From the NCBI GenBank assembly GCA_002269645.1, contig NIVC01000365.1, forward strand, positions 310,001-374,000: 64,000 nucleotides of DNA, written 5' to 3'. The DNA comes from Macrostomum lignano (Eukaryota). A program made the translations under genes and the position numbers. The notes under the pieces were generated by a model, which was given only the letters and a program-made list of their open reading frames with translations, did no database searches and was not told the origin of the DNA. This document shows positions 36,314-51,246 of the stretch, one piece after another; within the stretch, counting starts at the first letter, position 1; every line of letters starts with the position of its first letter.

Positions 36314-39136
36314 TCTGTGGCTAATAAAAGACAAAAAAGAAGTGACACTTTGATAATCAATAAGACAGTTTCACAATGCAAGCCAGATGCATGACAAAAG
36401 ATTACAAAGCAAGCTAGTTTTATAGAAAATGGAATCTAAAGAGCTAAGAAGACCAAACAAAACTTTTTTGCTATGGCAAAGAAATACAATTATAACTTAA
36501 TTACTTAATATATAACTAGGCCTACGCCTACATATCTGCCTAGGCTTCACGTTAAGTCAGGCAGGCACTCACTCAGGCAGGCTATGGAATTTCATTAGAT
36601 TAGATTAAATTTTAATGTTAAATTAGATTAAACGCCAATCACTCACTATTGCATGCTAATCGAAACAGCAGCCAGGGCCCACGGGTGCTATTATTAATAA
36701 TTATTATAATTATTATACTAAGCTTAAACTATAAAGCTAAAAAAAATTACCTACCCACATTGTGGAAATTTAAAACTACTTCATTGATTCTCTCCAGAAG
36801 TCAGAATCAGATCGAGAGCTTTATTCTAAATTAACGTTTTGCTGATTTAAAAAAATGTACTAACAAAACAACTTTACCTAGTCATACAGCTTAGGCTTTC
36901 GTATCATTTTGTTTATGTTTTATGTGCATAGACTGGGTGTCAAGTAAAGAAGTCCAACAAAAATTCAGTATAAAGTACTCTGAAACATTTATAAGTATGA
37001 TTTTTAAGTTTGCAAGGAAGCAATAAGGAATGTTATCGTAACATTCCAGCAGGTTTATATTTTTATCTTAGGAAATTAGTACAGGCCGGTCTCTCTTACC
37101 AAATCGTGCAAGACATGGCAACTGCGCTCGCTGTTTTTAAACAAAAAAGGGTTTAAAATTGCTTTTTAACGATCCTTTGCCCAAGAGCATGACCCCATGA
37201 CAAACAGACTGGGGTAACAGACAACAGACAGAGGCACCAGTTCAGCGGCACAAAGGGTCAGGAGGGCCATGACCGCGCGAGGGACCAGCTTCGACGCGGT
37301 CTGGGCGCTGGTGGCCAAAGCAGGCTGACATTCAACCTGCCGTTAATTAGGCCCGCGTTCGAGTCATTGACAAACGTATAGACTGATTAAAGTCTCGCAG
37401 AGTGTCTCTTCATCCGCGGTTGTTTTTCTAGCCTTTATGTACAATAGCTAGGGTTGGAAAACAAGTTTTGAACAGGTGCGAATATCATCCGGCAGTGGTG
37501 GCATGAATTTAAGCGCTGTAACTTAGTGAGTTCGCGGAGTGGAGTAGGCGGCGCGGGTGGATCTGGCGTCGGTATGGTCGTTAGCCGCGGTAGCGAAAGG
37601 CAGAGCGGAATGCTGAAAATTAAATAGTAGCTTTTTAAAGTACTAGACCATCTGCGGGGACATAACGGCAGTGGAGTCGGACTAATTTGACGAGAGGATC
37701 GCTACAGTGTACGTAACTGAAAGCACCGAATACAAAACATTACCAATGGTTGGTACTGATTCTAGATTTTTCCCTGCCACAATTAACAAAAATTCAAAAG
37801 CCGTCAAGACGGTCTCTGATGATCATATTGTCACCGGCCCAGACTTGGCCCAGAGGGTTGTGGTGCGGCCTGGAGCTTCCTGGCTGCATGGTGATCTTGC
37901 ATTGCTGGTGAGAGCGACCCTTATTTTAGGAAGATAACCGCGCTCTGTGCTGCTTTGAGCTGCCATTGCGCTAGGTGAACCTACCCGTGTGCAGGGAGCT
38001 GTTGCAGGTAAACGGGCTACATGACCAGGCCTCATGCCTGAGCCCCGAAGCAGCGTGCCCTGCCGAAGGCGAGACCCACCAAGAATTCGGGGATCCTAGT
38101 AGGCTTTGGAGCGTGTTCAGTTGCCCACTGCGACCCTGCCTGAAGGGAAATTTCCGCCGGAGAATGATGGTTTCTGAGGAGGCCGGATCTGACCCCACTA
38201 AAAGCGGGTTGGCGGAGTCAGACTGTGCAATAAAAATTCGCTTCGCAGTAAAGATCACCCAAAATTTTCGCCCCTGAAGGCGCCCAATCTCGCCTCTTAT
38301 GGCTTAGGTGGTCCGGGTCCAGCACTTCTGGTGGACCCTCTACAGACTTCAGGGACAGAGCCCTACTCCGGGCTGATATCCTGCTGGGCAAACCCCGTTT
38401 AACAACAAAAACAATTAACAAAAGATAGACATACGGTCGTACGATCGTGTTACACAGATTGTTTCCATCTTTACACATATATGCAGGTATAGAAGCATAC
38501 TACTGTTCTAAACGGCTTGTAATTAAATTTAAGCAAAATTTAAGCATTGAGGATTGTTTGCTTGAAGTGCAAGCGCCCAATGCCAATAACCCAGTTCAAT
38601 TCTGTCTGCCTACTCTTGCAAAAGTACAATAATTTCTCTCTCTCGCTATACCCGACCCTGCCCCGCTTGTACAGGGCGGGTTGCCATTGACAACAGTCCA
38701 AACTGTACATGTATAGGGAAAATGTATGCCCCCCGGTGAGACAAAAATGTGATTATTAAGGTTACAGCTACTGAGGTATTTGTAGATGCGTTCAGAGGTG
38801 GAGTAGAGATTGAGAGAGAGAGGTGAGCAAACAGACTGAGTACGCGGAGCCCAGCTCTTTCCGGCTCATATAGGAGCTCAAAACTCTGCTCAAACAATGA
38901 AGGGCAAGAAACCAAATGCGTACAGGGCCTCAGACAGGCGTGGGAAATCCTCTGATTGGATGAGAAGCCGACTGCTCTTCCTGCCACTCCCAACCTTCTC
39001 CTTCTGCTCCTGCTCTCCTGACTGGGTTACTAAAAATACAGCCATTAGCAGTTCGGTTTATAAGGGACACAAAGTAACAACTGGTTGGGAAAATTCGATT
39101 TCAAATCCTTCTAGTGCTTCTCCCAACAGATAGAAT

Positions 39137-42100
39137 ATGAGAACCTCAGTCTTAGCATTGCTCCTGCTGATCTTGACTGCAGCTGTGACCACTTTCGTGG
39201 GTGAGTACCATTAGCCTCTCTGTGTGACATTTTCACTCCGACTGCGTTTCCTGTGGTGCCACATTGTCACTCCGACTGTGCCCACTGTGGTGCCACATTG
39301 TCACTCCGACTGTGCTTACTGTGGTGCCACATTGTCACTCCGACTGTGCTTACTGTGGTGCCACATTGTCACTCCGACTGTGCTTACTGTGGTGCCACAT
39401 TGGCACTCCGACTGTGCTTACTGTGGTGCCACATTGTCACTCCGACTGTGCCCACTGTGGTGCCACATTGTCACTCCGACTGTGCTTACTGTGGTGCCAC
39501 ATTGTCACTCCGACTGTGCTTACTGTGGTGCCACATTGTCACTCCGACTGTGCTTACTGTGGTGCCACATTGTCACTCCGACTGTGCTTACTGTGGTGCC
39601 ACATTGTCACTCCGACTGTGCTTACTGTGGTGCCACATTGTCACTCCGACTGTGCTTACTGTGGTGCCACATTGTCACTCCGACTGTGCTTACTGTGGTG
39701 CCACATTGTCACTCCGACTGTGCTTACTGTGGTGCCACATTGTCACTCCGACTGTGCTTACTGTGGTGCCACATTTCCCCAACTCTCCCCAATGTTCCAA
39801 TCGCCCATCACCCACAGACGCTCGCAGATCATCGTCTAGAAGTTACTCAAGCTACCGGAGTTACCGCTACTCATCTTACCGCTACTCGTCTTACCGCTAT
39901 TCGTCTTACCGCTACTCATCTTACCGCTACTCGTCTTACCGCTATTCGTCTTACCGCTATTCGTCTTACCGCTACTCGTACAGGTGAGCTACCGATACTG
40001 GGAGTTTGCGGGATGCTCAGTGCATGTTAATTTGCTCTACTCTGAAATCCTTTTAGGAGCCCACTGTACACAAGGCGGTTGTCGTCCAATCTGATGGGCA
40101 CTCTGTACTTCTCGTACGTCAGCCGGTATCCGAGGCACTTCAGCTACAGGCGGAGTGCTGTCGGCAGCTCAGGTGAGCGATTTATTGCCTCGAGAGATGA
40201 GAGTGGAAGAGAGATGAGAGTGGAAGAGAGATGAGAGTGGATGAGAGATGAGTGTGGAAGAGAGATGAGAGTGGAAGAGAGATGAGAGTGCAATAGAGAT
40301 GAGAGTGGAAGAGAGATGAGTGTGGAAGAGAGATGAGAGTGGAAGAGAGATGAGAGTGCAATAGAGATGAGAGTGGAAGAGAGATGAAAGTGGAAGAGAG
40401 ATGAGAGTGGAAGAGAGATCAGAGTGGAAGAGAGATGAGAGTGCAATACAGATGAGAGTGGAAGAGAGATGAGAGTGCAATAGAGATGAGAGTAGATGAG
40501 TGATGAGAAGCAAGCCATCAGGAATCTCCCAAGCCTCAACCCCACTCATTCCCCTGATCATTCCCCTGATTCCCCATCAGGTGGCAGCTGCACAAACCGC
40601 CTGGCCCTGAGCAACGGAAGCTACGTTGGCTCTTTCAGCTGTCCCTTCCTGGGTGACGAGCCGAGCAGCTGGACAAAATGCTGCGGCTACGAGAATGAGC
40701 AGTTCTGCTGCGACCCGGCCTACGATGAGTGAGTTCAGTAGCTGCTGGCTTCAGTGGCTAGTTACTGATCGCTGATTGGCTGTCGCTGAATGTACATTAG
40801 AGAGGCTAGTTACTGATCGCTGATTGGCTGTCGCTCAATGTACGTTAGAGAGGCTAGTTATTCGAATCGGCTTGTTCCTCCAGCTCGAATCCTCCATCCC
40901 CACAGCTCGTGGGCACTGGCCTCCCAAGGCCTGAGCTTTGTCGCCATCTTCTTCATCGTGGGAGGCTGCCTTACCGGTCTCGCCATTGTCGGCGTACTGA
41001 TCTTCTTGTGCGTGAGGAAGGGCCTCTTAAACACCAGGAGACCCGGCGTCATGACCGCGCCTACCGCCGCCACAGCCGGTAAGGCTATAGCAGATCACCG
41101 TCAACAGTTGTCTTTAGACCTGACTTGTTAAAACTGACTGCAAAATATTGCTGCTCCCCTCCCCCCCCCCAGTTGTCACCAGCCCGCCGGTCTCCGTGGC
41201 GCCCGTCCAGGCCATCAGCAAGTGGGTGCCCATGGCTCCCGGCCCTGGGCAGCCGCCGGTCGTTGGTTCGAATCCGCCACCGTATCCAACATCGAATGCC
41301 GGGCAGCCGCCGGTCGTTGGTTCGAATCCGCCACCGTATCCAACATCGAATGCCGGGCAGCCGCCGGTCGTTGGTTCGAATCCACCATCGTATCCAGCAT
41401 CGAATGCCGGGCAGCCCATCGGTAATCAGAGTTTATTGGAAATAAACCAGTGACCCCCATAAGCAGAAAGAGAAAATTGATTCCTATAAACACAACCAGA
41501 GGACATGGACCCCCGAAAACATGAAGGAGGGCATTGAACTTCAATAAGCACAAAGGGGCATTGATCCCCTATAAACACAATCGGAGGGAATTGACACTCC
41601 CTATAAACACAAATGAGGGCATTGTCCCTATAAACACAAAGGAGGGCATTGACACTCCCTATAAACACAAATGAGGGCATTGTCCCTATAAACACAAAGG
41701 AGGGAATTGACACTCCCTATAAACACAATTGGAGGGCACTGACACTCCCTATAAACACAAAGGAGGGAATTGACACTCCCTATAAACACAAAGGAGGGCA
41801 CTGACACTCCCTATAAACACAAAGGAGGGAATTGACACTCCCTATAAACACAATCGGAGGGCATTGACACTCCCTATAAACACAATCGGAGGGCAAAGGA
41901 GGGCATTGACCCCCTATAAACACAAAGGAGCGCATTGACCCCCTATAAACACAAAGGAGGGCATTGACCCCCTATAAACACAATCGGAGGGCATGACCCC
42001 CTATAAACACAAAGGAGGGCATTGACCCCCTATAAACACAAAGGAGGGCATTGACCCCCTATAAACACATAGACGGGCATGACAATTTAACGACAAGGGA

Positions 42101-42434
42101 AGGTTTTAATCTCATTTTGTATTTTTTAAGTTTTCTGAACATTAAAAAATTGATTTTGATTTGATTCTTTTGCAGGAATGGAAAACCAAGGATTCGAACC
42201 ACCGCCCTACCCGCTGTACCCGCCATCGTATCAGAATCCGTACGCCAATGCGAGTAAGAGCTATAGTTATTGGTTTCATTTTTATTGCCTTTTCGCCTTC
42301 TCGGGCATATAATAATCAGAAATTCTGAGAAGCTACTCACAGTAGGTTGGTTGCATGCAGTGTTCTAAAAATGAAAAACTCCAATAATAACGAAAATTAC
42401 CTCCAACTTGGCAGACGCTCCAGATTATGGCTGA
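39137..42434 (+). CDS. Shisa-like single-pass membrane protein A with an N-terminal (RYSSY)7 repeat, ~337-350 aa
   Basis: Exons 39137-39200 (signal peptide), 39818-39983 (DARRSSSRSY..(RYSSY)7), 40057-40172, 40581-40728 (C..F.CP..CCG..FCC), 40906-41078 (TM), 41173-41421 (Pro-rich, PPPY), 42176-42253 and possibly 42415-42434; the alternative is read-through to a stop at 42312. Phases 1,2,1,2,1,1 are all compatible. Confidence 0.82.
39225..39775. repeat. 34-bp intronic minisatellite (gtggtgccacattgtcactccgactgtgcttact), ~16 copies
   Basis: Intron 1 of Shisa-like gene A. Confidence 0.95.
40192..40505. repeat. 17-bp intronic minisatellite (gagatgagagtggaaga)
   Basis: Intron 3 of Shisa-like gene A. 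Confidence 0.9.
41450..42070. repeat. ~29-32 bp intronic minisatellite (ccctataaacacaaaggagggcattgacact)
   Basis: Intron 6 of Shisa-like gene A. Confidence 0.9.
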
Positions 42435-42867
42435 GCGATGAAGCATGGAAGACGCTGGCGGCTGACGATTTTTAACGAAGTTGATGAAGCTTAAAAAACA
42501 GTTTTAACACTTAAAGTGCCGCTTCGGTGATGAGATTTTGTGTTGTCAATTGCAGTTGTAGAATGTTTTTTTTCAAAGCCTGCATGCCGAATCTGTTATG
42601 TACTTTAATGAAACAAATCAGAACGCTGTTCTTGAACATTACAATTTCAGTTCCACCTGTCTTCTATTGGGTCTTTTCTCTCAGTTTTAATTCTATTCTT
42701 TTTACCAAATTGATGTTTGACTTCTTACCTATTCAGGCTAAAATACACTGACTGCAATTTGTTCAGAGACCAAACAGTTTTCAATAAAGCTGCACTGATT
42801 TCCGTTGCGACTAAAGAAAATTCAGAGATTAGGCCGAAATGAGTTGTTAATGATAATATGGCAGGAC

Positions 42868-44012
<1,145 letters not shown>

Positions 44013-44337
44013 TTTCAGCCCAATAGCTAGAGAAAAGGCTTACAAGTTTCCAACTGCAAGGATATAATTTCATAGTTAAGGGTAAAATGTTGCAAAGCAG
44101 CAGGACTGAAAAAAGCAGTTTATTTGGCTCATCCTCAGCAGTGACTAAATTGGCAGCTTCAAGTAGAAGTAAAAGAAAATATCACAGAAGTTGAAAGCTT
44201 GAAAATAAGATTTGGCATTAAAAATTATAGCTGTAATTAATATTAAAGATGCCGATAGAGAATAAATATCCGGCCAGAAGAAAAAAGAAGAAAATTCATT
44301 GAGTTCTCAGTTAGAATCGCCCGTCTCAACCACTGAG

Positions 44338-44751
44338 TCAGAAGGCCGGGTGGAGACCCAGGTTGTTCTCGATGTAGTCCAGCTCCCTCTTCAGCTGGCA
44401 CTGGACGCAGCTGGCGCAGAAGCTCGTTGCGCAACAGTCGTTCAGAATGCTGCCTTTGATGTTGTACCTGGCGCGCAGCTTCACCCGGTAAGCCATGAGG
44501 GTCATGGAGCTGCCAGCACAGCCGAGACAGATTGGGGTGCAGCAGCCTTCGCCCATGCGCTGCGACAGGTTGCAGCAGAGCTGGTACGGGCCGCAGAAGA
44601 ACGTCACGACGCAGCCGCCGAGGTCCTCGCAGCAGGCCAAGAGTCCGGAGTTCCATTCGCGCAGCTGAGGCGGGTGCACCGGAGCTCCAGCCATCGGGTT
44701 GGCCTGCTGGCGCGGCTGAGCAACCACTGGGTGTACAGCTTGGGACTGCAT
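44338..44751 (-). CDS. PLAC8/cornifelin-family cysteine-rich protein, 137 aa, intronless CDS
   Basis: Family motifs WNSGLLACCEDLGGCVVTFFC and YRVKLRARYNIKGSILNDCCATSFCASCVQCQLKRE. Confidence 0.92.
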   Translation of the reverse strand: MQSQAVHPVVAQPRQQANPMAGAPVHPPQLREWNSGLLACCEDLGGCVVTFFCGPYQLCCNLSQRMGEGCCTPICLGCAGSSMTLMAYRVKLRARYNIKGSILNDCCATSFCASCVQCQLKRELDYIENNLGLHPAF

Positions 44752-45337
44752 GCTATCGGTTGCACTGAAAAATACGGATGGCTGATTTGAAATTACCTGA
44801 TTAAGGCAGGCATCACGGACAGTATTTAAATTCAGTTCACTTAAATGAAAATACCAAGCTGCCAGCCTAAACTTACGGCAGTGGCAAACTCTTACAGTGC
44901 TTGGAAAATCTTCTTGTAGACAGACTCGTCAATTTATTAGTCACTGGCAGCAGAAGCAGCAGCTCTTGCAGCCTCCTTAACCAACTGGTTATTTAACTTT
45001 TATGAACGAAAAACTATGGGGTACGGCTGGGAGGCTGGGAGGCTGAGAGGCTGAGAGGCTGGGTTTCAGCATCGATCGATCTGCATGATCCCTAGCTAGC
45101 TGCATCGCTTTCTGTCTCCAGTGCTTCGTGGATTCAGCTGCGTGCTGAGTCCGCCAAGTAGCTGACTCTGTTCCAGACCAGACAGCCATTGCTTCAGTTG
45201 CTATGGGCAACTTGACAGCAAATATGCAGCAGGCAGAGACACTGCAAAGCTTTCAAATTAAGTGAGGAGGAGGATGGGGAAGTTTAGTCCTGAAACTTGC
45301 GACGCTTTAAGTGAGAGGAATTGATGAGGAACTACAC

Positions 45338-46036
<699 letters not shown>

Positions 46037-46434
46037 CTAGGACACAGGTAGACAAACTGACCCTAAGACAGGCAATTCCCATTTGCACGTTGAGTTCTCA
46101 GTCTACGCGGTGTCACACAGAATTAATTTAATTTCGCAGCCTATTGCAAGCCACACAGGCTGCGGGAGGGAGGTCCTTGCCCCCAAAACGCAGAAAGACA
46201 AACACTGGGCAGCCGCAGTGCAGCGCCATTGTCCACCGGCCAGCACAATCCACGGCCGATTGGCCAAGCGAAGAGTGTCGCACAAAAGAGAAAAACGATA
46301 AAAATGATATGCAACTTCTGGCTCGGGCGGGGCCGCCTCTCAGCCAGTCACTCAAATTCTCTCTCAGGGCAAACCGCGAGCTCAGAGACGCTGAGGCAAA
46401 AATAAAGAATTTTCGAACAAATAGCGAGTGAGGC

Positions 46435-49400
46435 ATGCGACTCACCTGGCTGGTTGCCGGGGTGCTTCTGGCCGCTGTCCTGCTGATGGCCACGTCTGCT
46501 GGTGAGTGAGCTGGCCACCCTCTCAAGCACACCTCACCTCTCTCCAGATCCAATCTCACTTCTCTCTAGATCCGATCTCACCTCTCTCTAGATCCGATCT
46601 CACCTCTCTCTAGATCCGATCTCACCTATCTCTAGATCCGATCTCACCTATCTCTAGATCCGATCTCACCTCTCTCTAAATCCGATCTCACCTCTCTCTA
46701 GATCCGATCTCACCTCTCTCTAGATCCGATCTCACCTCTCTCTAGATCCGATCTCACCTCTCTCTAAATCCGATCTCCTTCTCTCTCTAGATCCGATCTC
46801 ACCTCTCACTAGATCCTATCTCACCTCTCACTAGATCCTATCTCACCTCTCACTAGATCCTATCTCACCTCTCACTAGATCCGATCTCACCTCTCTCTAG
46901 ATCCGATCTCACCTATCTCTAAATCCGATCTCACCTCTCTCTAGATCCGATCTCACCTCTCACTAGATCCGATCTCACTTCTCTCCAGATCCGATCTCAC
47001 CTCTCTCTAGATCCGATCTCACCTCTCTCTAGATCCGATCTCACTTCTCTCCAGATCCGATCTCACCTCTCTCTAGATCCGATCTCACCTCTCTCTAGAT
47101 CCGATCTCACCTCTCTCTAGATCCTATCTCCCCTCTCTCTAGATCCGATCTCCTTCTCTCTCTAAATCCGATCTCACCTCTCACTAGATCCTATCTCCCC
47201 TCTCTCTAGATCCGATCTCACCTATCTCTAAATCCGATCTCACCTCTCTCTAGATCCGATCTCACCTCTCACTAGATCCGATCTCACTTCTCTCCAGATC
47301 CGATCTCACCTCTCTCTAGATCCGATCTCACCTCTCACTAGATCCGATCTCACTTCTCTCCAGATCCGATCTCACCTCTCTCTAGATCCGATCTCACCTC
47401 TCTCTAGATCCGATCTCACCTCTCACTAGATCCGATCTCACTTCTCTCCAGATCCGATTTCACCTCTCTCTAGATCCGATCTCACCTCTCACTAGATCCG
47501 ATCTCACTTCTCTCCAGATCCGATCTCACCTCTCTCTAGATCCGATCTCACCTCTCTCTAGATCCGATCTCACCTCTCACTAGATCCGATCTCACCTTTC
47601 TCTAGATCCTATCTCCCCTCTCTTTAGATCCGATCTCACCTCTCTCTAGATCCTATCTCCCCTCTCTCTAGATCCGATCTCATCTCTCTCTAGATCCGAT
47701 CTCACCTCTCTCCAGATCCGATCCCACCTCTCTCTAGATCCGATCTCACCCTAATAAGAGAAACAAACCACATCGACGTTTGCGCAGATGCGGCCAGATC
47801 TCGCGCCCGGTTCTCCTATAGGTCGCGAGCTCGATTCTCCTACAGGTCGCGAGCTCGATTTTCCTATCGGTCCCGAACTCGATTCCGCTACAGCAGAAGC
47901 AGGCGTTACTCAAGATACTCATACATGTGAGTCGGAATTAGTCGGAGTCACCCTTCTGGGTGACCTTCCTGACGAATTTGAATGACCGGGTTGAAGGACA
48001 TTTTCCCGAAGCATTATGTAGAAATATCAATTTCGTAAAATCTGACAAATTCGTAAATCCATTCGAACCCCCAGCGGCCCGATCTACTCTCGCCGCCTGT
48101 CGCCCTCGCTGATGGGCCCCGTGTACTTTGGCTACGCGTCCCGGTACCCGATGTACTTTAACTACAGGCGGGGCAGCTCCGCCCACGGCTTCGGTGAGAA
48201 ATTTGATTGCAATGCATTCTCCTCGCTTCATCGCCCAGGCCAGATTTTATTGTTCGATATTTGGGGAAATTTTTGAAATTCACTGGTTTACAAATCCAAA
48301 CCTTTAACACTTGACCAGCCAATTTGTTCGACTGGAAACGGGGGGAATTTTCGGTGGCAAAATAATGTAAAAATTATCCAAATATTTTTACTAGAGTAAA
48401 TCTTCTCTTGTGGTTTGCAAATCTGAATAAATCACCTGAGACAGATTAACCTTTTTTGTAATCTAGGTAGCTGTGAACAGTGAGTAACAATCTTAAAGAA
48501 TAGCCATCACCTGAGGAGGTACGCTCGTAGATATCTTCAGGAGTTACAATATCATATCAGGTAGACATCTTCAGGAGCTACAATATCATCTCAGGTAGAC
48601 ATCTTCAGGAGTTACTCAGGTAGACATCTTCAGGAGCTACAATCCCATCTCAGGTGGATATCTTCAGGAGTTACTCAGGTAGACATCTTCAGGAGTTACA
48701 ATATCATCTCAGGTAGACATCTTCAGGCGTGACAGTATTGTCTCAGGTAGAAATTTTATGAGGATGATGTGTACCGGATTGCCTGCCCCCTGCCCCGCCC
48801 CAGGCGAGGTGTGCACCAACCACCTGGCCCTGAGCAACGGCAGCTACGCGGGCACCTTCCACTGCCCCTTCCTGCCCGACGAGCCGCGCAGCTGGACGAA
48901 ATGCTGCGGCTTCGATGGCGAGGGATTCTGCTGCGACCCAGACTATAATGAGTGAGATGGGGCCCGAGCTCTGAGCGAAGTCTCGGTGCTGTACATGTGC
49001 ACATAGTACAGACAGAATTGATGTACACCCCACACGAGGCTAGGTTGGATGTGCATTGATGTAGAGATTAATTGTAAACTGACTTGATCGAGGCAGAATG
49101 TCAGCATGTGCAATAAGCTAAAGATCAATGTACTTTGGTACAAGCTAAGTATACATGTAAGTGTACGTTGAATGTCGGATGTGCATCGAAGCAGCTTGGA
49201 TTTAAGCGGAGGTTGGATGTACATAGTGCATTGAGTCAAGTACAAGGTTAGATGTACATGAATGTAGGAGTTGAAGCTACATGTACAATTAAGGCAGGTT
49301 GGATGTACATAGGTAGTTGCATGGATGTACATAGGAGTTGGATGTACGTAGGAGTTGGATGTACATAGGAGTTGGATGTACATAGGAGTTGGATGCACGT

Positions 49401-50446
49401 AGGAGTTGGATGTACATAGGAGTTGGATAGGATAGGAGTACATAGGATAAGAGCTGGGGATTTACATGTACATTGAGGCAGGTTGGATGCACATAGAAGT
49501 TGGATGGCATATTGATAAACATGTACTGTAAAAGCACTCAAGCATCGCTAAGCCTCCCTGCCGGCACCGCTCGCAGTTCCTGGAAGCTGGCAGTTGGCCT
49601 CGGCGCCGCCGCAATCCTCGCCATCATTGGAGGCGTCCTTCTGGCCCTGGGCCTGCTGATCGCCCTGCTCGTGTACTGCTGCTGCTGCTCGAAGAAGCGG
49701 GGCGGAAGCGGCGGAGCTGGTGAGGATGTCTGAGGGATAAAGTCTGGACTGGGAATTTTCTCACCAACGTGTGCCACAGTCTCTGATAAGCGCTATGCAG
49801 TGTCTGATAAGCACCCTGCAGTGTCTGATAGGCACCCTGCAGTCTCTGATAAGCACCCTGCAGTCTCTGATAAGCGCTATGCAGTGTCTGATAAGCACCC
49901 TGCAGTGTGTCTGATAGGCACCCTGCAGTGTCTGATAAGCACCCTGCAGTGTCTGATAAGCACCCTGCAGTCTCTGATAAGCACCCTACAGTCTCTGATA
50001 AGCACCCTGCAATGTCTGATAAGCACCCTGCAGTCTCTGATAAGCACCCTGCAACTGTGTCTGATAAGCACCCTGAAGTCTCTGATTAAGCACCCTGCAG
50101 TGTCTATCAGCGTCTTCGATTTGAAGTTCCCAAAGTCTGCGACAAGCGCCATTTCAGTTTCAACTCGCACTCGAATTGTCCGCAGGTGCCAGCGCAGCAG
50201 CGGCGGGCAGCAGCAAAGAGCCGGTCGGCGTCACGAATCCCGTGAAGCCGCCCTACCCAACCATGGAATATGGGACAGGTGAGTTCACCAATAAGCCAAT
50301 TGGCCCCGCCCACTGCCTCACATGCACATTTGCTCCGAATTCCGAATCCCGCAGTGCAACCGCCGCCGGATCGCCAGCCGGGCTCCGCCCCCTATCCGCC
50401 GCCGCAGCCACCGCCATATCCGCCCCCGTACTCGGCTCAGAGCTAG
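46435..50446 (+). CDS. Shisa-like single-pass membrane protein B with an N-terminal (RSRARFSY)3 repeat, 266 aa
   Basis: Exons 46435-46501 (signal peptide), 47788-47926 (DAARSRARFSY..), 48075-48193, 48804-48951 (Cys domain, 148 nt as in paralog A), 49577-49719 (TM + YCCCC), 50186-50278 and 50355-50446 (PPPYPPPYSAQS*). Total 801 nt with the same intron phases as paralog A. Confidence 0.85.
46545..47752. repeat. 22-bp intronic minisatellite (agatccgatctcacctctctct), ~55 copies
   Basis: Intron 1 of Shisa-like gene B. Confidence 0.96.
48520..48750. repeat. Degenerate intronic repeat (caggtagacatcttcaggagttac...)
   Basis: ~7 copies of variable length in intron 3 of gene B. Confidence 0.8.
49210..49505. 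repeat. Degenerate 17-18 bp intronic repeat (gttggatgtacatagga)
   Basis: Intron 4 of gene B. Confidence 0.75.
49778..50105. repeat. 21-bp intronic minisatellite (gtctgataagcaccctgcagt)
   Basis: Intron 5 of gene B, ~15 copies. Confidence 0.9.
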
Positions 50447-51246
50447 CCGGCGGAGAGGAGCGGGTCGGAGAGCGGCCAGAGAAAGTGTGAGCGTCTGGTG
50501 AGTCACTGCTCGCACTTCTTGCTGCTTCTGTTCGAAGGGAGGGAAGAATGTAGGCGAGGAGAGAAGAAGGGAGGAGAGAAGGGAGGGAGAAGGGAGGCAA
50601 GGAGGGAAGAAGGGAGGAGACAAAAGAGGAGAGAAGGGAGTGAAGAGGAAATAAGGGAGAAAACAAGGCAGGATGGATGTGATTTAGCCACTGAACCATT
50701 TACAACCACAATTCATCAATTGCAGACAGCGGAACTTGTGTGGACCTGTCGCTAAGGACCAATCTAAGCGGACTCAAAATATAAGAAAATCCATATTTTT
50801 CTACTGCAAGTAGCCAGTGTAGAAAATAAAATCTATATCGTTAAAATAAATAATGATAGACAACGGTATCATATTGCTTTTTTTTCATAGCACAATGCTA
50901 CGAGTATATGCGTTCGTGAATTTCATAAACTACTTGATCAAGTAATGAAAAAGCAATCTGGGTCATTTTGTGTATTTGAACCGGTCATTCATGTACTACT
51001 CGCAGTAGTCACTGCTCTACGAATCAAGAGCGACAGTCAAACAAAGACAAGGCATAAGAGTTTTCTGATTGCTGCACGTGAAGACAAAAAACTATCAAAT
51101 GTCAAATGTCAAAAATGTCAAATTAAAAAATAAAACTACAAGTTCAATAAGTTCTTAATTATAATTGCATAATTAATCTACTAATTAGCCCCACCGCTAA
51201 TCCGCAATCAGCCCCACCGCTAATCCCCAGAGTCGCGAGTCCCCCA

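Noticed and set aside
37700-38480. Cluster of short ORFs, possible decayed retroelement
   Set aside because: No RT, integrase or gag motifs could be recognised in any frame. The same applies to 2000-2570 and 23600-24240.
39224-40030. Cys/His-rich ORFs (CHSDCAYCG) resembling zinc fingers or metallothionein
   Set aside because: They derive from the 34-bp intronic repeat. Only the 39818-39983 part is a supported exon.
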